DNA of 62,050 nt, counting the filler, from Sphacelaria rigidula (taxonomy: Eukaryota), in assembly GCA_964200075.2 (NCBI GenBank). It is 10 parts of 10 records of this genome, joined end to end, with 100 filler letters (N's around TTAATTAATTAA, not from the genome) between each part and the next. Parts side by side here need not be neighbours in the genome. Positions count along the whole stretch, not along the records: positions 24,863 to 30,977 come from CAXNAA020022122.1; positions 31,078 to 37,192 come from CAXNAA020022123.1; 8 more parts are not named here. One strand, written 5' to 3'. This document shows, piece after piece, positions 26,154-36,968 of the stretch (its first letter is position 1; each line of letters opens with the position of its first letter). The notes under the pieces were generated by a model that saw nothing but the letters and a program-made list of their open reading frames with translations, was not told the origin of the DNA and searched no databases. The position numbers and the translations under genes were made by a program.

Positions 26154-26554
26154 TAGAGCTCGGAAATGGTACCAGTTATAACTGGCCATTATCATTATGA
26201 TGGTCATAATGGTAATGGTTACATCAAAATTTTGGATAATGGTTTCGGACCATTATTTACCATTACCGGCTGTATAAGCCGTTACCGGCTACGTACGCTA
26301 CATACAGCCCTTGAAAATTGGCCCAATTTTCACGTATTCTTTAGCTCTAGTGAAGCTAAATCGTGTAAAAACGTGCCTCCGGCACGGCGCCTTCAGCGGG
26401 GCCCTCCGAGGGCACCTCCGGCCGGGGGGGGCTTTTGGCTTGCGGCTGCGCCGCTCGATGACCAATCCATCACGTACCATTTTAGTGGTTAATGAGCGCG
26501 CTACGCGTAACCATTCAGCTGGTTTATGGTTAGACAAACCATTACCGAGCTCTA
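26154..26554. mobile_element. Unclassified TIR element
   Basis: TAGAGCTCGGAAATGGT ... ACCATTACCGAGCTCTA. Its left end recurs reverse-complemented at ~43750-43886. No TSD seen. Confidence 0.6.
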
Positions 26555-26969
26555 GTAGAAAAGGGAAAGAGCGAAAATGGTGAGGGGAGGAACCTCATGA
26601 CTTTGCATGCCGTAGTCATGTGATCACTGACCTCGCATCCCTCGAAAATTGCGAGGCACCCATGAGGCAGTGGGTAACCCATGACTATCTCTGAAAGTGG
26701 CCAAGAAATGAAGCAACTCATCCGAGGTTGTCATCCACATGCGAGATAAGTAGTACCCTTCGGGGCCGAACAATCTCAGCAGGATGCAGCTTATCCTTCA
26801 TGCGACTCGCCGAACACATCACGGCGCTTCGCGCTTGGTGATTAATTACGACCCTGATCTCGCGATAACACGGCGCGCTCCGCCCCAGCGTTGTGGGGAT
26901 GCGAGGTCAACGGCCATAAGACTATGGCATGCAAAATCATGATCATGAGTACAATCAGTCCCCCCTACG

Positions 26970-27950
26970 AATTCGGGACGGAGTACTATCCCCTTCCTGT
27001 TTCGCCATTTGTGGCCACCATCTATCTCCCAGTATGATGGCCGTTTTCTCGCTCCCATCTAATGCGCCAAACGATTTCATGCCACCGTTGTGTACTTCCC
27101 ACAGTTCCCTCTCGAGCACACCCCGTTCCTCCTTGTATAGACATCAAGAAAAAAAGGAAAAGCTCCTGTGTTGGCCTTCCTCCTGTGTGACACCGCCTGA
27201 CGCGCTTACGTACACCCAAAGGTGTAGACGGGCGTTCAAAATAGATGGGATGGCAACACACAATTTATTGACTACGCTGTTTCACCTCCTTCCAGCCTTC
27301 CCTCCATTAAGTTCTTCCTTACAACTCTGTCAACTATGGCTGGCAATCTCTGACTCGGCGTGTTCTCTACATTATGTTGCCTATGCAAGTTTCTCGTAAT
27401 CCCTGTTTGTCTCAGGTGAGCATATTCTAAATTGTGCTCTCAATACATTCGTACTGTTCGGAGGTGGTGGTTGTGATGGGGGTAAACATCATTTGTGGCT
27501 TGCCTTGGTCACTTGACCATTGACCACGCCTCCCGTTTGAGACGAAGCACCGTTCCTACTCCTCGTAGATATCCCTCCAACATTCGGGCGCTCATTGCCG
27601 TTTTCCCGCACAATACATAAATGACGTTTTACATATGTTATGCCCTTCATGTTTCGCTGTCTGTTGCCACCATCTGCATCCTAGTATAGCGCTTGTTTTC
27701 TCGCTACTATGCGATGCCCTAAATGATTTCGTGTCAAACTCCCTCAGTCCCCACGTTTCCACCCCGGGGGGAGGGGAAACAAGATTGCCCTTTAGAATCG
27801 AAAAAAATTGCTCACAAAGCCAGCAGCTGCCAGGTTATGGAAGGTACGTCCGTACACACCCGTTCAACTCCAAACTGTCTTACCCATTGCAAGGCAAGTT
27901 CCCCGACCATGAAAATGGGTGAGTGAGCACACACGGCAACCAAGCACTCG
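26970..27950 (-). mobile_element. 3' remnants of the LINE family
   Basis: Minus-strand translations include LYKEERGVLERELW...SEKTAIILGDRWWPQMAKQEG, plus the same terminal motif (~27480-27590) seen at other LINE ends. Confidence 0.7.
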
Positions 27951-30900
27951 TACTGAATAGTCCAACATGCAGCGCACAGTGAACACAAAAATCGAAGTGA
28001 TAATTTAAGGCGTGTTGTTACATTGGGTGGGAGGTACATTGGTATAATCGCCGGCGGCAGTATATATTCACGATGTGTGGAACATCTCCTCGGCGAAGAC
28101 GTTCCAAATCAAAGTAGCACTACATAGATATTTTATCTCACATGCGCGTTGAAGAAAAGGGTTCTTGGTGCCCAGGCGCTGCGTGATGAAGGACACCGCT
28201 CTTTGGTGAATCGATACGACGGTATGGAAACAACGAAGGGCGCGAGGCGAGTTGGGCTCAGACATGAAGTCGACAAAAAAAGATGGATTAAGATGCAGGG
28301 TAGTGCACAACGACCTCCCATGCACGATTCCCTTTGAACACACGATTTTACCGAGCCATAATATGGTGAAGCAAGGGTCGCAAACAACATCGGCCTGAAA
28401 CCACACCAGCGGTGACACAATGAAGTTGGGGAGACTTTAGCCTGGCGCGAACGTACGGTTTCGCTCCTAGAATCAACGCTTTGACAACCAAAGTATGCCG
28501 ATCTCACAGCGGCATATCGATACCAAATATGCGATCGATTGTAAATCACAAGAAATCGCGTTGTTTGTAATTGAATATCCATTGAGCTGTTGGCTTTGTG
28601 TAGATTATGTATTGGTTATAGGTCTCATACGTAGATTCTCGGGCACGCAGTCAACCAGCCTGGTAGAAGCCAGTACGACTTAGTTCAAAGTACCAACAGG
28701 AACGGTCCGGGAACCTGTACTGTAGCCAGTGTTCAGTTCAGCCAGAATGGCTCCGCGGCTCTATATTGTAAGCTCTATAGTTGGGGCTTACGGCTGGGAC
28801 TCAGAGAGAGAAAGGTTCAGATAGAGCTGCACACAAGCGGGTGACATCGGAATAAATAATGAAATGCACAGCGATGCAGCGCCCCACTCGGGTACATCAT
28901 CTGCTCAAGCCATCTACATCTCTCGTGACAATTACTTTGCTCCGCTATGAAACGGTGCACAGCGAGGAATCACGCCAAGGCCACATCAAACACCTCACAA
29001 GTTCATAGGCTTTACACCATGTAGGGTAAAATCAGTTCTTCCTACCTGTAGATGCCCCTCAGTGTGTCATGGGCACGGAGTAAAGTGGTATCGGATACGT
29101 TGAATACACCTCTACAAAGCGGAACACGAGGAGGCTGCAGGTAAATCAAGGCAGTTCATCCAAGTGTGCGTAAAATACTCACGATAGGGGGAGCGGGGGA
29201 GGAGGGGTAGGCGCGTGGAACGGGGAGGGCACGGGAACACAGAGAGAAAAACTGGGTTGTTTACATGTTGGAGTGTTTTACGACTTTGAAACCCTTGACT
29301 CCTGTCTAGAAGACGCCATGGTTGATTTTTCACGGCCGGATGAAGCGTATGGTCTTGCTCAACACAGCACTAAAACTCAGCAGGAGGCTCGGCACACTTG
29401 TAGAAACACGTTATAATTTTCTCGCACTTTGCATTATTGTGGACATCAATCGATACTGTCCACTGTACTACGTTCTTTTTCCGACGACGGTCACGACCTC
29501 TCCACAGCAAAAGACGAAAGACGGATCACGAGTGGTTCCATGGCTTGCTACAAAAACAAAAGACACACATACATAAGCGAGATTAACTCTATTTTAATGC
29601 AGGTGACAATTTCTGGATATTTAGGAGGGGGTGACAGTCCCGAGCGGCGCTAACGTGCGCAGAATGCGTTTCTGTCCAAGTCGGCGCCCCTGCAGGCGCC
29701 GATTCGAGGTCTTCCAACGAACACTTTACCTGGGGCACCCTTGGGTCGGCGTTGGGGTTGAGGTTGGGGCTAGCGCTGTTCCAAAACTGTGTCAACGATG
29801 GATAATTTGGAGGCGAATTGAGAAAAACCCGCCTCAAGAATAGGCGAAAGGGGCATACTCCCGACAGTAATGAACAATTTTTGCCAGACAAACGTATACC
29901 TTCGCCCTTCCTCACATCTTGACGGAAGCCTTTCGTGGAATGCCCGGTGTCCTGCTTGTGCGTGCTCGTAGGGCGTCACCGCTGAGTCCGGGCGTCGTGA
30001 TGGTGGGGCTGCAGCCGGAGATACATGGCCAACAAGCAGGGCGCAGGTGTGTTTGTGGGGCGCTGATTTAACCGTCTATCCATGGTGCGTTGAAATCAGT
30101 GTTCATGGATATGCTTGCTGCCAAATGCGGTGAATACTTGACAATGACAAGGGCTGGATGTTCATCCACGACAAGTGCTCTGAGGTTGTGCTCCTCCCAA
30201 ACGTCTCTAGACAAAGTGTGTATCGTAATCATCCTAAGAGAAGCGCTATTTGACAGAAGCATGGCCCATGGTGAGTGCTGGTCGACGGGGAGTATCATGG
30301 AGAAGCCGGGACAGCGGAGTTACCTGCGCCGAGGATGCTCTTGCTTTCCTTCCAAAAATCGTACCAAAATATCGTGCTTACACAAATTATGCTCCATATC
30401 TTCCTATCCCGTGGTGAAGTAATCCACACGCCTACGCGGTACTCAAGCACTTATCGTTCCCAGTACTGTACGTGTCGAAGCCCCCAGTTGATATGGTGGC
30501 ATTGCTACTTACCATGACTAAGGTTTGAAGCTGTCGTGCCTACTGGCTCGTCGCTGTACTCCCCCCACGCCCGGCATACATGGTCCCCTCCCCGTCATAT
30601 ATGGTGAGATACCCCTGAGGCAGTGTGTAACGCTTGTCTGTCTCTGGAAGTGGCGATACGAGAAAGTGAAGCAACCCTCATTGTAGGCTGCCATCCATAT
30701 GCAAAATATCCAGTACACTGCGGGCCGAACACTCTTAGCAGGATTCAGCTTATCCCCCATTCAACTCACCGAACATATCACGGCGCTTCGCTCTTGATCA
30801 TTGATCGCGACCCTGGTCCGGCGAAAACCCGGCGTGCTCTGTCCTGGCTTAGGAGGGACGCGAGTTCATCGGCCGTATGACTACGGCATGCAAGATCATA

Positions 30901-31952
30901 AGTACACGCTCCCCCCCCCCCCCCTCCCCCAGAATGTTGGAGGTGTCTCTATTAGGAGTAGGAACGGTGCTCCGTCTNNNNNNNNNNNNNNNNNNNNNNN
31001 NNNNNNNNNNNNNNNNNNNNNTTAATTAATTAANNNNNNNNNNNNNNNNNNNNNNNNNNNNNNNNNNNNNNNNNNNNCCAGACCGTGGGGTCCCGCCCGT
31101 GGGGCGGCGTGGCGCTGGGCGGCGTGTAGGGGATACAGCGTCACCGGGGGCAACTGAGCTAGAGCTGCTAGACCAGTCAAACGTCTGTACTGAAGTGGAC
31201 ACGATTTTGTTAGGAACCCTGCGTAAGGAAGCGCACGTTTTCGGAGACTGGCGAGCTTGCATCACGAGTCGGAAAAACCGAGAGAACGTGGCAACGAGAG
31301 AAAATATAAATCAGCTGAGCTGCGAGGTTGCCGCGAGAGTGATGCTGCGCTACGACGGTTGTGGGTCAAATGTCGCGGTAATAAACACCGATCTCCCAAC
31401 CGATTGAACTGAACCCGCACATCCAGATGCATCACGTTTTTCATTTTACATCATGCTGCAAGCTAATGTCGGTGCTCGCAACCTGCCATACGCCATTTTT
31501 CCTTGCCTCCTGGCAGCGTAAACAACAAGCGGTAAAACAAAATGCCACGATATTGATCTCTCCGCGACGAAGCTTGGACGTCACGCGCGTATCTGCGAAA
31601 AATCTGCTCGCATGATTTCGCACAGTAGTAGAGAAAATCGACATAAAAATGACGTAGGCTATATTTAATTCCATAGCGTCTTGTGCGTATGAAATTGGAG
31701 CCATCTGGAGACCTCCGCAAGCTCCACAGACTGCAGAATACTCGAGTAACACACGGGGGTGGGACCCGGAGGATAGCTAGTTCCTCACGTGACTTGACTA
31801 GCCTGCCGACTGTGTACTGTCACCCACTCTTCTAGACGTTCTGTCCAGATACAGTGCATGTGCTAGGCTGGAAGGTTTGCCCATTCCTTGACGATGTTCT
31901 GAGTGTCGTTTTCTCGAACTCGCTCCTGCATGTCTATCGAAACGCGCGACAG

Positions 31953-34900
31953 TCCGAAAAACGGGTCCTCACGGTGCTCGAGAGCGGGAGTTACTTCGGG
32001 GAATCAGGCGTTCTCACGTTTTTCAACGGCGGGGGGAAAGGCTCGGCAGCCCCCCCACCAGTCGTGGAGCAGTTCACGCTTGTGGCCGGCACCCACGTGG
32101 AACTTTTAGTGCTCCGCCGGAAGCACTTCAATATTATCGAAATGCAGGTGTGTGCGATGCCAAGTTTGGTAGGTCATCTGATCGGTGCGTTCCCGCAACT
32201 AATCAACAAGGCCGCCATTGACTGCGATGCACCGTCTTGCCCATCGATCATCCGAGAGTTGCAGGTCATGCTCCGAGTACAAAACTCCCAGAATTGACGC
32301 TCACAAGAACGCCTGCTGCCTCCACTTTCCATCGATGCGACATCTAGACGCATGGATGTCGGTCGATGTGAAGCAACGGGCAACACCCGGAAACTGCGTG
32401 GTTCTAGTACGTCCGTCAGGTCTCGAAATTGTTTAGAGATTCGGTTCCGGTATGTGCCTGTTCGGAGCTGGCCTCTGTGTGGCTGTGCTTCTTTCCGAAC
32501 CGCCGCTGATGCTCACTCAGCGGACACGAGACATTTTCTGAACTTTATTGGTCCCATTGCTTCGACACGTTATTCTTCCCTCGTTACCTAGATGTTGGAA
32601 ATTTTGAGGGAAAACAACGAAGCCCGAAGACGATGGCGGTCCCGACGTAAGTCAGATGCGCACCGGGGGAGGGCGGTGCTGAGAGCTGCCAAGCGAGCTA
32701 TAGACAAAGAAGCAGCGGTGCTGTTGGTACGTTCATCTATACACTCCACGCACGTGTCGACGACTCTCCTTAGATTTTACTGGGACATTCGACCCTTTTC
32801 GGAGACACTTTTGATGCTTGTGAGATGTGTTTGGATATTGACCTGAATTTCGTCCGTTGCCATTATTTCCAACATGGGGCATACATAGTGTCTCAAAGTA
32901 TGAAATGCATACAAACGACGCAGTGGATGTTGCAAATTCAGCCATGAGTTCATCGCCCAAGGTACTCCTCGACCGACCAGCCAACGTCGAGGGTGTTGAG
33001 GAAATCGGTCAGTCAAGCATCAACAACGTAATAAATTTCGGTGTTTTGCAAAGATATAAGGGTCTTTTAGTTTGGCATGAAGAAATGGGCTCTTCTGGAA
33101 GCCGGGATGTTGTCATACGTTTATGTTCGAAGGATTGAGATTGTGCAACGCACTGTAGAACAATGTTCATGGACGTGCACATAATTCTAACTAAGGCGAA
33201 TCCAGGATGAGTGAGCGATGCATACGCATTCTTTGTTCACTTCTGTTGTGCTCCATTTACCCCACAATGCTCTTTCCGGCGGCAAGAGTTGTTGAGTGAC
33301 AATGAGCTGCTCAGGGCAGGCACGTATACCGTACCCTGAGATTCAACCACACAGCGCCCGCCATCCGTATCGTCCTCAGGTGACACGCCCAATCCCTTTA
33401 CCTTCCTTGCTCAATGATTTCACTCAAGCTATAGTCAAGACATATTCTCCCCCCACATATCTCCCTGCTCCGTCTCGAAAGGGATGCGTGGTCAATGGTC
33501 AAACGACTAAGGCAAGCAACAAATGAGTACGCCCCCCCCCCCACATATCTCCCACTTTGTCCTGCTCTCACACTACGCCCACAACCAGCCACTCATGGGT
33601 CCTCTCCCCGACCCAACATGTACGTCCTGCTCCCCACTATACACTTCCTGAACATAAAGAACGAAGATGGGACGAGTAGCACGGTCGCTTCCACCTCTAA
33701 ATCGGAGCACCTTCAGCTCACTGGAATGTCACACCCGGTCGCGCCGGCTCAATGTCCAGAAACAAATGCTGGAGGGCCTACTGCGAGAGGCGATGGGAGC
33801 GCCGGCGAGGCCGCGCCGCAGAAGGCTCAGGGTAGACCACCCGTGCCCCCTCATCGAGTCATTCCTGTAGCTTTGAAGGGGGATGTGGCCTCGAATACAA
33901 TCGGCCGGGCTATTGAAGGGGGTGAGGGTGACACTGATTACGCGGGAGATGATGTGTCGCTGGCTGGGTTGACGCTGACGTCTGGGGACAGCATGGAGTA
34001 CAGCGTCAATTCTGGGTGAGACGGGAAATAAGCCGAGCGGGTTCACTTCTTGCTTGTATGGGATGATAGCCATTGTAGTGCGAATTCCTGCGCCACTGCA
34101 GCAGAACAATGCAGCATCGTGGTCATGGTTCCCTGACACCCAATATACGCCCCTCCTTCGATTGTCTTCATAGCCGACCTTGAAGATGTTGCATGCCAAA
34201 AAGTGCGTGAGCAATGCTACGGTAGGGGATGCAATTTTTGTTTCCGTCTTTTTTTTTTGCAGAAGTCAAAATATATGGGGCTTACTGTGCGACCCACTTC
34301 CCAGGGGATCGGACTCCAAGAACCATGGTGTTTGCATGCAGAGGCTTTTTTGTGATTCGACATCATTTTCATTGTTCTTCAAGTGAAAATGATGCCGATT
34401 CTCAAAATAATCCATCCAACCCTCCGAGCAGCTCCGGGAAACGTTTTCGCTTAGAAAGTGTAACCCCTACCGTAGCACTTCTCGCGTGACACCGTTGGGT
34501 TGTGGATCTGGCCTGCGTTTTGAAGTACTGTGAACTTCCTTGAGTTTCATAGTTTCTCTCTGCTATCCGTCGTCTTCGCTATTACTGCTGCTCGGAGTCA
34601 GGTGGTTGCCTGGACTCTCGACAGCGTCGCTGGAAACACCGGCTGTATATCAGCAGACCACCATGGGCCCATTGGAAGAGACTAGGGCAGTGATGGCAAC
34701 ATCACCGCTAGTCCAGCAACACCCCAGCGAACGGTATGGTTCTCAAAGTGACGGGGCCGGACCGGAGGGATCGGCCGGACACGGCGATAACTCGTCCTTT
34801 ATATCATCATCCACCATGGCAGGTTCTTTGTCACTGCCCACGATTTTTACGTCATCTTCTGCGCTGACCGATCCCCGAGAAAGTCCTTCTGGTCAACGAT

Positions 34901-35964
34901 ATAGCAAAGGTACGAGGCAATGGTGACGGTAAACGTTAGTGACAGTGTACGGACTACGCTGGGATGGATACAGATAGAAATCTGCGGCATAAAGTACTGA
35001 ATAGTGTTGCGATAACCAACGCCTGATTCGCGCGTTGGGAGTTTGGAGCTTTGTATTTTCATGATCACCACAAACTTTACATCATTGCTGAAGATGTTTT
35101 CCCCCTACTTATCGTGTTTATGGGGTGGATCGGTGGACCCCACACGGCATCGTGCGGTGCAGGACAACTTCGCGAATCACTTCGCTGGGCGCACGTAAAA
35201 CTCAACAGGACGAAATAACGAAAAATGCCGTCGAGCATGACCATGGAGTTGTACAAATGTTTGTCCCTGTCCTCGATAAATTGAATCTTTAGAAAAGGAT
35301 AATATCTGCAGTGATGGATTTCTCGGGTGCATGTGGAAAACTCCCAAGTGCGCTTTCGAATAAAACAACTCGGGCCAGTTATAACACTACAGAGGGAGTC
35401 CACGAGCGTGTCCAGGGGAGACATCGCAAAACTGCCCCACCACGCAAGACCGCGTCGACAGACGCGTTCTCTCCAAAATACTACACGTTCGCAGGAACCA
35501 GTCGGTTGTGTACCTGAGCCGTATTTACTTCTTCCACCCAATACCAACATTCAGATGTAAAGCACATCAGCAGCGGTTTGGTCTACGCTGGGCACAAGCA
35601 ACCGGGCTTGCACGGATCGAAAAGCTTCGGCGTGCTCTGGAGTGATAGAGCGCACAGCCCCGGTCGCCCGCAACTTCAGTCTGTCCCTGACGTAAACAAA
35701 TATGGTACTGGCTACCGCAGTGGAACCGTAGGTGCCCATGGGAGTGGTATTGGCGAAAAGTTGCGGTCAAAGTTGGGTCTTTTAGATCATGGTGGCGGTC
35801 AGAGGTCAGGCAAGGCGGTGGCGCATAGAGGGAGAGACGGGGTGGGAATGGGAGGGCTAGGGGTAGCGTCCGGTCGTACCGGCGCGGGTCGGCGACATGG
35901 GAAACACACGGTGGACCTTGTGCCAGTTCGCGGAATCAGCCGCGCTTCGCCTTTGGCCACTTGA
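31953..35964 (+). CDS. 3' part of a cyclic-nucleotide-binding-domain protein (exons 31953-32147, 32592-32726, possibly 33320-33379, 33660-34015, 34602-34909, 35555-35964)
   Basis: AG/GT boundaries with consistent phases (0,0,2,1). First exon encodes VLTVLESGSYFGESGVL...FTLVAGTHVELLVLRRKHF (cNMP-binding fold motif). A probable upstream exon near 31080-31265 (LLGTLRKEAHVFGDW) resembles a second cNMP domain. The C-terminus is low-complexity. Confidence 0.75.
33466..33542 (+). mobile_element. Very short 5'-truncated LINE copy with C-tail and target-site duplication
   Basis: TGCTCCGTCTCGAAAGGGATGCGTGGTCAATGG...AAATGAGTACG-C(n), flanked by CCCCCCACATATCTCCC at 33449-33465 and 33537-33553. Similar fragments at 6482-6550(-), 8475-8550(-), 30931-30977(+) and 41498-41660(+). 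Confidence 0.85.
34209..34483. mobile_element. Sola-like MITE, second internal type, in an intron
   Basis: TIR GAGCAATGCTACGGTAGGGG / CCCCTACCGTAGCACTTCTC; 4-bp TSD GCGT. Confidence 0.8.
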
Positions 35965-36364
35965 TATTTGGTCAGAAACACTAGCAAGTGATAATTTGGT
36001 ACTAATTGGGTACTATGTGGTGAAGTCGTGCACCTTAGGGTTAGGCGTCATGGCCTCGCCAATTTCTGCTTTCAAATTTAACCTTTCGTTTTTGTGGTGA
36101 TTTTTCGAAACCAACCACACGAATGCCTTCAAAACTTCCCACCCCTCCCTCGAGACCTTACTGTTCATGCGTGAAAGTTAATCCAAACTAAAAAAGTACC
36201 AGTGGACCAAGTGATTCGTCATCAACAAGTCATCTCTTTCCCAAATTCGACAATTTCCCCTGCAGTGTATAGTACTTGGTGATCAGTCAAGCTAGATTCC
36301 CACCACCAATACCTACCTCATGTTCATCATTATTCACCACTGCATATTCCGGTCGCACCCCAGT

Positions 36365-36888
36365 TGTTGGGGGGCGGGGCTGTGCCGGACGTACCGCAGT
36401 TCCGATCGGGACTGAAACCTATGGAGCCGCCCAAACGAGCGTCGATATAATAATCTGACCCAACACCCCGTCAAGTCACCGGGATTGGACTTGCCCTAGT
36501 CATGTGAGCTTTCTGGCTTTGGAGTATCCCCTCGTCTCTTCATCTAGTATTTATGATCAACCTCGACGAACGTCCATTTTGAGGTATCTGGACAACCGTT
36601 ACTGACCAAATTCGCAGTATTCAGTAACCCCAGAAGCAAAGCTTGATCAGGAAGCCATCAACCATCTGCTTGGAGAGCTCTCGCTTGCATTTAAGTCGAA
36701 AACTTCTTCTCGCCACGTGAAAGTGAGTCTATGTTTGATGCAGTACTGTATCGCACTCCCTGGTTTCGAGTTTCATGTGCTAGACACATCTTGATGCAAC
36801 TACCATGACGGCTGGCCGGTTGGTCTCCCAACCCCCAACTCGTGTACTCATATGCATGGTCTGTGCATCCTGAGACTTGGTCACAACA
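36365..36888 (+). mobile_element. Probable LTR of an LTR retrotransposon
   Basis: 524-bp segment bounded by TGTTG...CAACA and followed directly by a PBS-type TGG... sequence complementary to a tRNA 3' end. The 5' boundary is inferred from the terminal motif only. Confidence 0.6.
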
Positions 36889-36968
36889 TGGTGACCAATC
36901 CGAGAGTCGAACTCAGGTTTTTACAGCCACAATGTAATGTACTGACCACTACACTAATTAATTAGCCC
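36889..36968 (-). tRNA. Full-length tRNA-His(GUG)-like sequence including G-1 and 3' CCA, with a 4-nt TAAT duplication (likely pseudo-tRNA or extended PBS)
   Basis: Minus strand: G GGCTAAT [TAAT] TA GTG TAGTGGTCAG TAC A TTACA TT GTG GC TGTAA AAAC CTGAG TTCGACT CTCGG ATTGGTC A CCA. All four stems pair (some G-U pairs). Confidence 0.8.
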
